64,000 nt of DNA, taken from NCBI GenBank assembly GCA_002495185.1, contig DAEB01000040.1, positions 29,184 through 93,183 on the forward strand, in the 5' to 3' direction. Source of the DNA: Thermoplasmata archaeon UBA184 (lineage in GTDB: Archaea > Thermoplasmatota > Thermoplasmata > Lutacidiplasmatales > UBA184). The translations under genes were made by a program, and so were the position numbers. The notes beneath the pieces are model-generated. The model was not told where the DNA came from. It made no database searches and worked only from the letters and a program-made list of their open reading frames with translations. Positions within the stretch are counted from its first letter, which is position 1. Every line of letters starts with the position of its first letter. Below are positions 39,834 through 50,190 of the stretch, piece after piece.

Positions 39834-42800
39834 GTGAGAGTTGGTCGGGTAATCCAGCAGTGGTTCATCGCGGAGCATCGATTCTGGAAGGTGGGTCTTT
39901 CGCTTGGATTCGGAGTCTTGACCCTGCTTTGGACATTGCCGCTAAACTCATTCGTGTACGGTCAAGATTCCTTTCACTTCTTTGTTCAGCCCTTCAACTA
40001 CAACTTCAGCCCGACCATTCCCTACAACTACGTCTACTCCAGCAGCACGCCCCTTTACGACACATCGCAGTACTTTTACCTGACAACTTTTTCACAGTTC
40101 TTCCACATATTGGGAATTTCGGACGCGCTCGCTGAACACGTCGAGATTGTTCTGGGTACGTCTCTAGCTGTATTCGGCCTAATCGATTTGATCCAACTCA
40201 CAGAACGGCTGAACCACAGTGACCGCCAAAGAGTCGACGGGTGGTTTCTTGCGGCGGCCTTCTTTGTGTTCAATCCGTTTTCTCTGAGTGTAGTTTGGTG
40301 GCACTTCGAGGCCTGGACACTCTTCTTTATTTTGACCCCTTATTTGATTTCCTTATGTCTCTCAATTTGCTTCTCGAAGAACCTTCCATGGAACAGACTA
40401 ATCGTCACAGTCATCGTTTCAATTCTCCTTGCACCGGGTCTAACAGGAGCCTACGGAATCTCGGCAGGGCTGATCTTCCTTTACACCGGGTGCGTAGTCG
40501 TTGGGCTCGTGATTACGGGGCGACTACAATGGACAGATGCCTGGAAGCGACTTTCTCTCGTCTTTCTCTCGGGGTTGCTGCTCCTGACATGGACTAACCT
40601 GCCTCTCCTGATTCTTGGACAGCAAGTAGGATTCGGCCTTCTTACGGGTCCCGGAATACCTCAGGAGTTTCTATATCAGTCGCGTCACACAAGTTTGTTG
40701 AACGTTGTGACTCTGCTTGGCCTCTCCTGGATTTATGATCACCCAGGTGCCTATGGATGGACTCCTCAGTTGGCGTACCTTCTCGGTGCGGCATTCATTT
40801 GTCCGGCGTTGTTGACTCTGTCTGGTTTCTTTCTCCGGAGCAGGCGCGAGGTATCGTTCCTGCTGCCATTTGTCCTGCTGTGCATTCTCATCTCAACGGG
40901 AAACAACCCTCCCGCGGGACCGGTCAACAACTTCCTGGTCAACCTCGGCGGCTTCGGGTCTTACTTGGTCAACCCGTACTACTTTGTATGTGAGTACTAC
41001 GCTGTGTTTCTGAGTATTATCATGTATCTTCTCTGGGTGGGTTCCACAAACGAGTTCCGTTCAGTGGGCGTAGAAAGCTCCACTGACGCGGGGGACTCTC
41101 CTAAACCCCCGGACAAGGCTCCTTACCTACAGAAGAAGAGTGCCTTGTTTCGAAGGACCAAACGAAAGTACTTGCGTCAGACAGCATTACTCGCGGTATG
41201 CGCGGTGCTGGTTGCCACGACCTCGGTCATGGCGGCTCCATTCATTGAGGGGAGGGTCTACGTCTCCACCGGGAGCTTCGAAGACCAATTCGTTCCACCC
41301 TCCGATCTTACGGACCTTTCGAATTTCTTCCAGCAGAATTACTCGGGTCCCATTTACTACGTCTTGGTGTTACCAATCAGTCCATCAAGCGTACCCCTTG
41401 TGAACTACTCAAATGGGCAATTCGTCGATTCTAGCGAGCTCCTGGCAAGTTACATCCCGTATCCGCTCTATTACGCAACCCCGAATTCCATTGGGAATTA
41501 CCTGTTTGATGGGATTGCTTCGGGCGCAGTCCTGAACTTTACAGTTCTTTTTGCAAGTCTGCACATTAAGTACATCGTCCTGAATCCTTTCTATGCGGCC
41601 CAACCCGGTCTTCCAACACATTCCCTCAATGGTTCGAGCTATAATGCCTCGGAGACGTCCATGCGACTATCGGCGGGACTTGGTCCCAGCAGTCGAGCTG
41701 GCCAGTTCGAGATCTTCACGGTCGCTGACGTGACCCCCATCGCGTACGTAGTGGCCAACCCGATGATTCTGAATTCGCCCAATCCCGGGTCGCTGATGGG
41801 CTTCATGTCAAGCTTGAAGAGCACGCCGTCGAACCTCGCATCCGCCTTGCGTCTAGCGATTTGGAGTCTGAATACGAGTACCGATTCAAACTTCTCAGTC
41901 GGCCAGGTCCTTCCGCTTAATGGCGGATTCCAGACCTTCTCAGTCGGGCCTAACGTAACGCCATACATCGTCAACGGATCCGGTTCGGTACAGACTTGGA
42001 ACACCTCTGCCACCGATTCTGGGATTCCAGGGGTTTCTTGGGACCCCACCACTGGGAAAGTTATGCTGGTTCCCGGGGAGATTCAGAGTCCGAATTCGAC
42101 GGCGGCCAACCTCACGACTCTGGTTCCTGTGAATGGATCATTCAGCAACCCCCTCGGAAGAGCTGGAACTCTTGGCTGGTGGTTACACGGGGTTCCACCA
42201 CCCCTTTGGTTCCATACCGATGTAAACGTAACTGCTCTGGCCCCCCGCAACTGGATTACAGTCACTGTTTCGCTTGGCAATGTTTCTATCCAATTGAGTT
42301 TGTACAACGACTCCTCAACGCAGAGCAGTGTGATTGCCGCAACCGCATTCAATGACGGCAACCGTTACGCATGGAACAATGCTGCACTGCCCGACGGGTT
42401 CTTTGATGGGATAGAAAGTATTGACACTTGGGTGAACTCAACTACCATTCGAGTGGCCACTGCTTCTCATCTTCCGGGGCGCCCGATCGTGTGGGACACA
42501 CTGAATTATTCGGGCGAGTACTTGTCGCACAACGGTGGGAGGAACCTAACCGCGGCTCCATCCGTTGCACCCGGCTTTCAGAGTTATTCGGTGACCGTTC
42601 TCGCCAATCAGGTCGGAGCCGAGTTGGTCGACCCATCTATCCTGAAACCATTGTCCTTCTCATACCTGCTCGATTGGCTTAGAGAGCGAACCCCTATGTT
42701 GCAGCAGCAGAGGGTTTCATTCAATCCAACGGGTCAGATATTGACCTCAGTTACGACCAATCAATCTACTCAGCCACTCTTTGTTGTACTCGATTTTCCT

Positions 42801-43091
42801 GCTACACCGTTCTGGCAGCTCTCTTCCAGTGCTGGCACGTCGACAAAGATAGCAAACCTTACCTACGCAAATGTCTACAAAATCTCGGACCTCGGCTCGC
42901 TTGGACAGGTCCACTTTACTTTGCAGTTCGAGGCACCTTACTTGGCGAGCGTTGAATTGTCCGGCGTAGAACTGGCCTTCGCATGCACGATCGGCGCTTG
43001 GCTGGGATTGACCTCGATTCGTCGAACTAGGCGTCTCCGACGGAATGATTCTGCCAGTTCAGAAACAAGGCCAGAGAACCAATCGCGCTGA
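39834..43091 (+). CDS. Large multi-TM protein with extracellular domain (putative GT-C, AftD/YfhO-like)
   Basis: GQD motif after TM1, FVFNPF, about 12 TMs, IKYIVL, a sequon-rich ectodomain and a C-terminal TM. Start uncertain. Confidence 0.7.
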   Translation: MRVGRVIQQWFIAEHRFWKVGLSLGFGVLTLLWTLPLNSFVYGQDSFHFFVQPFNYNFSPTIPYNYVYSSSTPLYDTSQYFYLTTFSQFFHILGISDALAEHVEIVLGTSLAVFGLIDLIQLTERLNHSDRQRVDGWFLAAAFFVFNPFSLSVVWWHFEAWTLFFILTPYLISLCLSICFSKNLPWNRLIVTVIVSILLAPGLTGAYGISAGLIFLYTGCVVVGLVITGRLQWTDAWKRLSLVFLSGLLLLTWTNLPLLILGQQVGFGLLTGPGIPQEFLYQSRHTSLLNVVTLLGLSWIYDHPGAYGWTPQLAYLLGAAFICPALLTLSGFFLRSRREVSFLLPFVLLCILISTGNNPPAGPVNNFLVNLGGFGSYLVNPYYFVCEYYAVFLSIIMYLLWVGSTNEFRSVGVESSTDAGDSPKPPDKAPYLQKKSALFRRTKRKYLRQTALLAVCAVLVATTSVMAAPFIEGRVYVSTGSFEDQFVPPSDLTDLSNFFQQNYSGPIYYVLVLPISPSSVPLVNYSNGQFVDSSELLASYIPYPLYYATPNSIGNYLFDGIASGAVLNFTVLFASLHIKYIVLNPFYAAQPGLPTHSLNGSSYNASETSMRLSAGLGPSSRAGQFEIFTVADVTPIAYVVANPMILNSPNPGSLMGFMSSLKSTPSNLASALRLAIWSLNTSTDSNFSVGQVLPLNGGFQTFSVGPNVTPYIVNGSGSVQTWNTSATDSGIPGVSWDPTTGKVMLVPGEIQSPNSTAANLTTLVPVNGSFSNPLGRAGTLGWWLHGVPPPLWFHTDVNVTALAPRNWITVTVSLGNVSIQLSLYNDSSTQSSVIAATAFNDGNRYAWNNAALPDGFFDGIESIDTWVNSTTIRVATASHLPGRPIVWDTLNYSGEYLSHNGGRNLTAAPSVAPGFQSYSVTVLANQVGAELVDPSILKPLSFSYLLDWLRERTPMLQQQRVSFNPTGQILTSVTTNQSTQPLFVVLDFPATPFWQLSSSAGTSTKIANLTYANVYKISDLGSLGQVHFTLQFEAPYLASVELSGVELAFACTIGAWLGLTSIRRTRRLRRNDSASSETRPENQSR

Positions 43092-44259
43092 ATCCTATGG
43101 ATAGGTTTCTTCGGACGGTGTCCGCCCTATCCGGAGAAACCGGCTCCCGTAAGCCCCGCTCGATCGCCGACTTCAGCTGGAGGTAGTCGCGGGGCGGGAT
43201 GAATTCGACTGGGTAGTTGAGGAGCTTTGCCGACTCCCTCAGCTGGGGTTGATCATAGGCTACAATCCGGATACCGCAAAATGCGCCACAGTTTAGCGCT
43301 CCCGAGTAACCTCCTGTTGCTAGATACGGAAGGACCATTAGATCGTGGCCCAGGATGAGAGGAACGGTGCTTTCCTCTGAAACCCGCCCTATGAAATTCA
43401 CTTGGTTTGACTCATATCGTGCCCTAAGCTCGGAAACTGTCGAAGCGTATTCAGGGAAGTTGGGATTTACGGAACCGGCGACCGTCACCTGCACGTCGGG
43501 ACGGTTCGCCAAGATGCTGCTCAAGACCTCTAGCGTGCCGGAAAGGTCCTTCTGGGGGCTCCAATTCCCGAAGAGAAGAATCTTCGAGGGGGCCGAGCTC
43601 TGATTCACCGGGATTGGCTTGCCGGAGTGCAGCGCAATTGCACCACTTACAAGCGATTCGACATACGGCAAGAAAACCTGAGACACCCCCTTTCTGAACT
43701 CCTTCTGAATGATGCTCACTTGACTCGGGAGAGGAACCACAACTCGAGTGGTGTTGATGAGAGCGCGCTCGAGGAGAGAAGCCACAACGCGAGCCAGAAG
43801 TGATGGCTCATACCCCATCTGAGCGAGGTCCTGTGTTTCGACCAAGCTATGCATGAAGGTTGTTACGGGGCGCCTTGCTGCAATTCTGACAATTGTCGGA
43901 AGGAGGAGTCCGAATGCGCTACACAGCCGGGACCTACCAAAGGATGTCGGGAAGATGTTGAAGAGGACTGAGTCAGTTTTCCTCGCGAAACGGGTCAGAA
44001 TCAGGCCCGCCCGAACCAGCGACGCCGCATCATTCACCTTCCAGACCCTGTGGAGCTCCAGCTTCGTGAATGCTCCCAGAGCCGGTGGGACTTGGCTAGA
44101 GGTCTGAGCCACCAAAACCACTCGACTGATGATGTCCGATTGGGAGAGCCCGAACACAATTCCCGTGGTCGAGTTGCCAGCAAAAGCATGGTCGGGGTAG
44201 AACACACCAAACACTAGTATCCTCTTTTGATTGGATGGCTGCTCACCCCCGATTGACAT
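43027..44259 (-). CDS. GT4 family glycosyltransferase
   Basis: LLFGNWSPQK and VLPYLATGGYSG motifs. Confidence 0.82.
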   Translation of the reverse strand: MSIGGEQPSNQKRILVFGVFYPDHAFAGNSTTGIVFGLSQSDIISRVVLVAQTSSQVPPALGAFTKLELHRVWKVNDAASLVRAGLILTRFARKTDSVLFNIFPTSFGRSRLCSAFGLLLPTIVRIAARRPVTTFMHSLVETQDLAQMGYEPSLLARVVASLLERALINTTRVVVPLPSQVSIIQKEFRKGVSQVFLPYVESLVSGAIALHSGKPIPVNQSSAPSKILLFGNWSPQKDLSGTLEVLSSILANRPDVQVTVAGSVNPNFPEYASTVSELRARYESNQVNFIGRVSEESTVPLILGHDLMVLPYLATGGYSGALNCGAFCGIRIVAYDQPQLRESAKLLNYPVEFIPPRDYLQLKSAIERGLREPVSPDRADTVRRNLSIGFSAIGSLALFLNWQNHSVGDA

Positions 44260-44464
44260 TTGACTAACTCATCACCTGATGGTCGCGAGCCGCCAAGCCC
44301 GCGATCTCGGTCAATCGAACGGAAGAGGCGATCCTAATCGTCATTTCGACCTTACCTACACCGATCCTATCTCTCCCTTGGTGTTCCGAGTAATGAATTG
44401 ATGTATGGAATGGTACTGCACTCACGCGCTCACGCGGAGCTGTCCGCCGCCGGCAAGAGATTGA

Positions 44465-45319
44465 ATGAATCTAGATCTGGAAATGGCCCCCCACTCACAC
44501 GGACCTGACCTAGAGCACTCGCAGGGCGGAAGTCATCAACCTGGACGGGGCGACGTCAGTGCCGAACTGTTGCGCTTCGTATATGCCCGGGGAGATCATG
44601 TCTCGCGTTACAAGCTTGCCGCAGCCCTCTCGCGAGGATGCCGCGTCCTAGACTTTGGCTGTGGACACGGGTTCGGTGCATTGTTTTTGGAACCGAGCTG
44701 TGAAAGTATCGTTGGAGTTGACACCGACCGGGGAGCCATCGAATGGGCGAGGTCTAACATTGAATCGCGAGCATCGAACGCGCGTTTCTTCCACGTTGAC
44801 GATCCCAAGATTAGGGGTCTGAATCGGCACTTGGACATCGTCTTGTCGTTCGAAGTCATCGAGCATGTCCATGATCCTCTCGCTCACTTGGGCACTCTTT
44901 GTGGGTTCGTGAGGCCGGGAGGTAGAATCGTCCTTTCGACTCCTAATGGAGGGATATCCGCCGGGAATCCTAGGATGTTCATGTCTCCCTATCACGTGAA
45001 CGAGTTCAGCTTGGGACAGCTTTCAAAACTTGTCGGGGCACGCTCGCGGTCGGCGTCTTATCTCGGACAGAGGAGAATTGATCGTCTCGATTCGACCATT
45101 CAGCAAGTCCGCAAGAGAGTGTTCTATCCGAAGGCAGGCCATGAGTCGACGCGCCCCGCGGACAGTTACAGGAGCGCTCTCGGGAGGAGTCTGGGAGACA
45201 CACTGGTAAACAAGATACCCAATTTTGCATCATTTTGGGAACTTAATCCAGTAAGCCAACAGTCACACGACCTTGGCTCGTACACGCACTTCATAGCCAT
45301 TTTCACCCCGGAATCCTAG
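44465..45319 (+). CDS. Class I SAM-dependent methyltransferase
   Basis: H..RY, VLDFGCGHG, FEVIEH, STPN and YHVNEF motifs. Confidence 0.9.
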   Translation: MNLDLEMAPHSHGPDLEHSQGGSHQPGRGDVSAELLRFVYARGDHVSRYKLAAALSRGCRVLDFGCGHGFGALFLEPSCESIVGVDTDRGAIEWARSNIESRASNARFFHVDDPKIRGLNRHLDIVLSFEVIEHVHDPLAHLGTLCGFVRPGGRIVLSTPNGGISAGNPRMFMSPYHVNEFSLGQLSKLVGARSRSASYLGQRRIDRLDSTIQQVRKRVFYPKAGHESTRPADSYRSALGRSLGDTLVNKIPNFASFWELNPVSQQSHDLGSYTHFIAIFTPES

Positions 45320-45372
45320 AATGAGCAACGTGCGTACGGAACTGCGGTCTAGGTTGCGTGCTCCGGTTGTTG

Positions 45373-46485
45373 ATGATGAGTGATAGGACAGAGACGATTG
45401 GTATCGTCGCACCTCCCTTCAAGGTACTGCCTCTCGACGGGTATGGTGGGGTTGAGAGAGTGGTGGTAGATCGTTCATCTGCACTCCGCGAAGCAGGTTA
45501 TCGTGTTGAGTTGGCGGCTCCGACAAGCACGCCAAGTTTGGCGGATCGAACGACCCAGGTCAGGATAGTGAAAACGCCGAACCTGTCAGGTCCGACTTCC
45601 GGGGACAATGTACAGCGGGTGCGATGGCTCCTCTCGAGCGCACCATATGCGTTTCCTCTAGCTTACTCAAACTGCCGGTTCGATCCTTCGGTTCGAATAA
45701 TCTTCAACGATGCGTTTCGCAATGAGCTTTGGATAAGCTATCTGATGTCGGCTCGCTTTGGAGTGAGCCGGACAATCAATGTGCTGCACGGGTTCGTGAA
45801 CTGGGACTCAGTACCATACAAACAGCTCACACGGGCAGTGCGAGGACTGAATTTCGGAAGTCTGAATCGACCTACATACGATTGGATGAAGGACCGCGGC
45901 TTCAGAGTCTTCTACACACCTAATGGGGTTCGCATCCATTCGAATTTTCCTGCCGAACGACTCGTTCGTGAGAGTCTCTTGTTCGTCGGTAGAATTGATC
46001 GGATGAAGTCCCCCCACTTGGCAATCAAACTTGCGAAGATGTGCAAACGCCCGTTGAGAATTGTCGGACCGATTACCGATCTTGGATACTACCGTTCACG
46101 TGTTCAGCCGGAGCTTGGTGGCCAAATTGCCTATGTAGGAGAAGTTTCGGATCAAAGGCTGGAGGAAATCTTCCACGATAGCTCTGGGCTGGTCTACATC
46201 GGAACCTACAACGACCCGCTGCCGGATGTCTTATTGAGATCCATCACGCATGGTGTTCCGGTCATAGGAATCCGACCCGGTCCCTTCTCAGGCTTCCACG
46301 ATGTGGTGGTCGACGGACGGAATGGCGTCGTTTCGGATAGTATAGAAGGATTGGCCGCAAGAATCGACGACTTGGACCACTTCGACTCCGCCAGAATCAC
46401 AGCCGAGGCATTGGAGAAATGGTCGTGGGACAGTGTGATTCGGAGGTTCTACGAGCCGACTTTCAAACAGCTCCTCGCCGCGTAG
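45373..46485 (+). CDS. GT4 family glycosyltransferase
   Basis: GYGGVERVV, FVGRIDRMKSPHLAI and GVPVIG motifs. Confidence 0.85.
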   Translation: MMSDRTETIGIVAPPFKVLPLDGYGGVERVVVDRSSALREAGYRVELAAPTSTPSLADRTTQVRIVKTPNLSGPTSGDNVQRVRWLLSSAPYAFPLAYSNCRFDPSVRIIFNDAFRNELWISYLMSARFGVSRTINVLHGFVNWDSVPYKQLTRAVRGLNFGSLNRPTYDWMKDRGFRVFYTPNGVRIHSNFPAERLVRESLLFVGRIDRMKSPHLAIKLAKMCKRPLRIVGPITDLGYYRSRVQPELGGQIAYVGEVSDQRLEEIFHDSSGLVYIGTYNDPLPDVLLRSITHGVPVIGIRPGPFSGFHDVVVDGRNGVVSDSIEGLAARIDDLDHFDSARITAEALEKWSWDSVIRRFYEPTFKQLLAA

Positions 46486-46597
46486 GACGCTCGTCGTGGC
46501 TTCGAAAACCTAGGCCCCTGGGGGGTGAATTGCCGAGCGTATCGAGCTCCAATCGATATATTTGAAAGGAACATGGATTCCTGTACCACCGCGTGAG

Positions 46598-48085
46598 ATG
46601 ACTCGGGCTCCGGACGTTCTAGTAATTGTCGGCGATTGCATCGGCAAGACCGGATTCGACAACGCTCGGCTGGCCGGCCATGGACTGCCTACGCTTGACA
46701 AACTCGCGAAGGCAGGGATCAGTTTCGAGGGTGCGATTTCCCCCTCGTCGTGGACCCTCCCAGCCCACGCGAGCATTTTCACGGGATTGTACCCTTGGAA
46801 CATTCGAATGCTGAACTCGCTGTCCACTCTTCCGGCCGGGACTAAGACTGTCGCGACCGAAGCCCTCAGCTCTGGTTACCGAACCGCTTCGTTTTCGTCA
46901 AATCCTTTCATTTCGCCGAGGACCGGGTTGACTCAGGGATTCTCGACGGTGAAGTGGGGCAGCTTTATCGAGGAGACTTTGCGCATGCCTTTCGTGCGGT
47001 CTCAGGGATCCCCTCCCAAGGGGAAAGCCCCCGCGACCGGTGTTCGACAAGTGGGGACCACGCTCCCCGACCAGCTTGTCAAACTCGGGCATTCCATCAT
47101 CGAGACCTATCCCTCGGCTTTGGACATGTCAATCCGATGTTGGACCAGATTGCACGCAGACCGCGCGATACCAAATCCGTGTGTGTCTCCTTGGATAGAA
47201 GCACATGTCGAATCCTGGCTTCGAAACATTCCACAGGACAGCCCAGCGTTCTGTTTTGTGAACTACATGGACGCCCACGAACCCTACGTTGGCGTCGAGT
47301 GTGGTTCCGCAGTGACATTGAGCTCCCTGAACCGGATGCGCGCTATTCGTCTCAGTGTTTCGAGGAGCAAGCGGACCGATAGACCGAGAGCGGATCCGGC
47401 GTTGGACGGGCTCAAATCATTGTACGAGCAGTCAATCCGAACAGTCGACTCCCGGATCGGAGTGATTCTTGATCTCTTTTCTCGGTATCGCGACAGTTCA
47501 AACTGCTGGATCTGCTTCCTCGGCGATCACGGACAGGTCTTTGGTGAGGATGGGAACCTGTTCCATGGGAGCGGGGGGACCGAGTCCCTCTTTCGCGTCC
47601 CGCTAATCATCAAACCCCCGCGATCTCAAGAACTCTGGGACCCGGCTAGTACACTAGTATCTCTCAAAGACTTGGGCAATCTTCTCTTTCGCGCAGTGAC
47701 GTCTACAACACGTGACCCTCCTGGCTTTGACATTCAATCCTGCTTTGTGCCTCGAGAGAATCGACTGATCTGGGCATTGGCCGATATCGGAACGTTCGCT
47801 CATGAAGGGAAGTCCCACGGCCTGCGACTGGATAGAGCTTCGACACATCACTTGCTCGCGTTCGCAGACAAAGATAGATTCGTCATCGACCCATCAGCCA
47901 AGTGCATTACCATCGTGAAGAGTTCACAATCTGTGGATGGGGGAGCAGCCCGTGGTGTCCCCGTGGAGTATGAGCGGTGGCTCCGCGAGGAGGCCGGGAA
48001 CGTGAGTCGAGCGCTCGATGCAGAGTCGGGCGTCGACCATGCGGATGCTCTGGAACGTCGGTTGCTTGCTTGGGGCTACGACTGA
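46598..48085 (+). CDS. Sulfatase-like hydrolase/transferase, paralog of 28399-29934
   Basis: WTLPAH, DAHEPY, GDHG and C-terminal RLLAWGY. Confidence 0.85.
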   Translation: MTRAPDVLVIVGDCIGKTGFDNARLAGHGLPTLDKLAKAGISFEGAISPSSWTLPAHASIFTGLYPWNIRMLNSLSTLPAGTKTVATEALSSGYRTASFSSNPFISPRTGLTQGFSTVKWGSFIEETLRMPFVRSQGSPPKGKAPATGVRQVGTTLPDQLVKLGHSIIETYPSALDMSIRCWTRLHADRAIPNPCVSPWIEAHVESWLRNIPQDSPAFCFVNYMDAHEPYVGVECGSAVTLSSLNRMRAIRLSVSRSKRTDRPRADPALDGLKSLYEQSIRTVDSRIGVILDLFSRYRDSSNCWICFLGDHGQVFGEDGNLFHGSGGTESLFRVPLIIKPPRSQELWDPASTLVSLKDLGNLLFRAVTSTTRDPPGFDIQSCFVPRENRLIWALADIGTFAHEGKSHGLRLDRASTHHLLAFADKDRFVIDPSAKCITIVKSSQSVDGGAARGVPVEYERWLREEAGNVSRALDAESGVDHADALERRLLAWGYD

Positions 48086-48213
48086 GGCACTTCCCGAGGT
48101 AGCGCTCCTTCGGCCACTTATGCTCAGTCGAAAGCATCGCTCCGATGCGATGCGCGAGCATCGAGCCAAAGCGAGCAATTGACGTGGCAACTTGACTCAC
48201 GTTGGCGAAGCTA

Positions 48214-48241
48214 CATGCGTGAAATCGAACTTGCAGGACTC
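48214..48241. repeat. Degenerate dif-like site S6
   Basis: catgcgTGAAA-tcgaac-TTGCAggactc, between convergent genes. Confidence 0.5.
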
Positions 48242-48248
48242 GTTATGA

Positions 48249-49109
48249 CTAGCCTAAGTGCGTGTAAAACCAGTGTGCAATCGCCCTCGTCGGTCTGGCT
48301 AGTCGCGGGTCGTTCATCATTCTAATCCCGATAAGGGATAGGAACATCGCCGGGATCGTTCGACTGAGATTCAACTTTGTGCTTGGGTCAGCACTCCAGT
48401 TCACAGGAACTTCCACAACACGGAACCCAGCACGTTCGAAGTGGAACAGCAGCGAAGCATCGAAGGCCCAATTCGTCAGGAAGACCTTCGGGAGGATACT
48501 CATGACCGCTTGGCGTCTGAAGAATTTGGCCCCGCATTGCGTGTCTTTTAGCTTCAAGCCCAAAACCACTCTCACCAGGAGGTTCCAGCTTTTCGAGAAC
48601 ACTCTTCTCGAAAAACGTGGATAAAGATCGCGATTGCTGCGATTGTCCCAGCGACTAGCAATTGCGCCTTCAGCAGTGGTCAACTCTGCCAAGAGATATG
48701 CCATGCTCACAGCAGTTATCGGCGCGTCCGCATCGATGAATCCGACGAGGTCGAACTTAGCTCTCCGAAAGCCTTCCATGACGGCGCCACCTTTGCCGAG
48801 ACGGTCTTCGAATTCAATAGCCCGTACCCCACGAGATTCGAATATTCGGGCGACCTCGGCCGTCCGGTCGGCTACACCATCGACGATCACGAGAACTTCG
48901 AAGGGTCTCCCGTACGATTCCAGGAGAGGCAGGTATCTCTCGAGTGCAATCGGAAGCCGTGCTTCTTCGTTCCAGGCGGGGATAATGAGGCTCACTCCAT
49001 CGGGCCCTTCAACCGGCTCTAACTGCTCTTCGTACCTTGACCCTGATACGGCCACGGGAAACTCGACGGCCGAACGTAGCGCCGCACTCCTGGGGAGGCT
49101 CGGCATCAT
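48249..49109 (-). CDS. Dolichyl-phosphate glycosyltransferase (GT2, Alg5/DPM1-like)
   Basis: IIPAWNEE, GKGGAV, DAD, DTQCGAK and WAFD motifs. Start uncertain. Confidence 0.9.
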   Translation of the reverse strand: MMPSLPRSAALRSAVEFPVAVSGSRYEEQLEPVEGPDGVSLIIPAWNEEARLPIALERYLPLLESYGRPFEVLVIVDGVADRTAEVARIFESRGVRAIEFEDRLGKGGAVMEGFRRAKFDLVGFIDADAPITAVSMAYLLAELTTAEGAIASRWDNRSNRDLYPRFSRRVFSKSWNLLVRVVLGLKLKDTQCGAKFFRRQAVMSILPKVFLTNWAFDASLLFHFERAGFRVVEVPVNWSADPSTKLNLSRTIPAMFLSLIGIRMMNDPRLARPTRAIAHWFYTHLG

Positions 49110-49518
49110 GAAGGGGACCTCATGACTGGGGCGCAACAGATCCAATGAGACGCATTCATGTTAGCGTCCCGTAACTCCCACCTAAGTGCGCCGGGTCGTC
49201 GGGGCAGGCCGGAGATATCGCGATTGCCAGCACTCCACTAGGTTCAACCGCATTCACATCCGGGCGAATGGTATGTAGAGTCGACAATGGGGAATAAACT
49301 CTCGTTCGTCCGATTGGTTATTCAACAGGAAATGCACATCCGGCCCGGTCCAGGGTTCGCCTAACGTGCAATCGAGCGCCGGAACCAATGCTGCCAATTG
49401 GAGTTGCGACACAGTCCCTCTCGGTCAGGTGTAGTTCGGGATTAATGTCGAGTACCCCCCCCGCAAGCACGACGTTGGCTGTACCCTTTAGGCTGCGAGT
49501 ACCCCATGTTATACGTCG

Positions 49519-49546
49519 AGTTGTTGCAAGGCAGCTTGCAACCAAG
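49519..49546. repeat. dif-like site S7
   Basis: agttgtTGCAA-ggcagc-TTGCAaccaag; perfect core. Confidence 0.8.
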
Positions 49547-49577
49547 TCTTCGTCTCGAACCGGTCCGTGTGGCAGGA

Positions 49578-49988
49578 CTACGCTCCCACCCACTCGGTCT
49601 CTGGAATCCCTTCGAAGTGCTTGTCCGCGGTGAGAACTCTCGCCCCAAGACAGCGAGCGAACGAAAGAATGATTGCATCGGCGAAGCTCGGGAGGCCAAT
49701 CTTTCGGATACGGCCGCGTTGTCGCAGTTCCTCGTCAGCGCTGATTGCTCCCAAGGCGACATCGATGTCTATGGATTGAATCGTGCTGAGGGCCCCCATC
49801 GACCGAAGGTGCCCGACAATCTGGTCGCGTTCCATCCCCTGACGTGCGAACACCCTCGCCAGTTCCGCCAGCACGATGTCCGGCGTGACCAGATCGCCTG
49901 AAGACTCGAATTTCTCGCGGACCCTCGGCCCCCGGGGGCCAGCGGTAAGGAACTCGACCCAAGCGTAGGAGTCAACGATCAGCGTCAA
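49578..49988 (-). CDS. vapC: VapC PIN-domain toxin
   Basis: IVDSYAWVE, VLAE, SFADA and LTADKHF motifs. TTG start at 49988. Confidence 0.92.
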   Translation of the reverse strand: MTLIVDSYAWVEFLTAGPRGPRVREKFESSGDLVTPDIVLAELARVFARQGMERDQIVGHLRSMGALSTIQSIDIDVALGAISADEELRQRGRIRKIGLPSFADAIILSFARCLGARVLTADKHFEGIPETEWVGA

Positions 49989-50181
49989 GACGGTCCGACT
50001 CCCGGAACGCACGCATCCCACGAGCGCTCCCGTAGATCTGGGCGACGAGCTCCTTGCGTTTCACGGCAAGGAGAGTACGAATCGCGTCGTCCAGGGTCCT
50101 GCTTCCAAGCGCCCGTTGAAACCTCTCCAGTTCAGAAAGGGTTTCACGGGACACGCGTACCGAGCTGATCGCAGCAGACAT
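49972..50181 (-). CDS. vapB: VapB-type antitoxin
   Basis: SVRVSRETL...TLDDAIR; overlaps vapC. Confidence 0.8.
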   Translation of the reverse strand: MSAAISSVRVSRETLSELERFQRALGSRTLDDAIRTLLAVKRKELVAQIYGSARGMRAFRESDRLDADR

Positions 50182-50190
50182 CTCGGCGTG

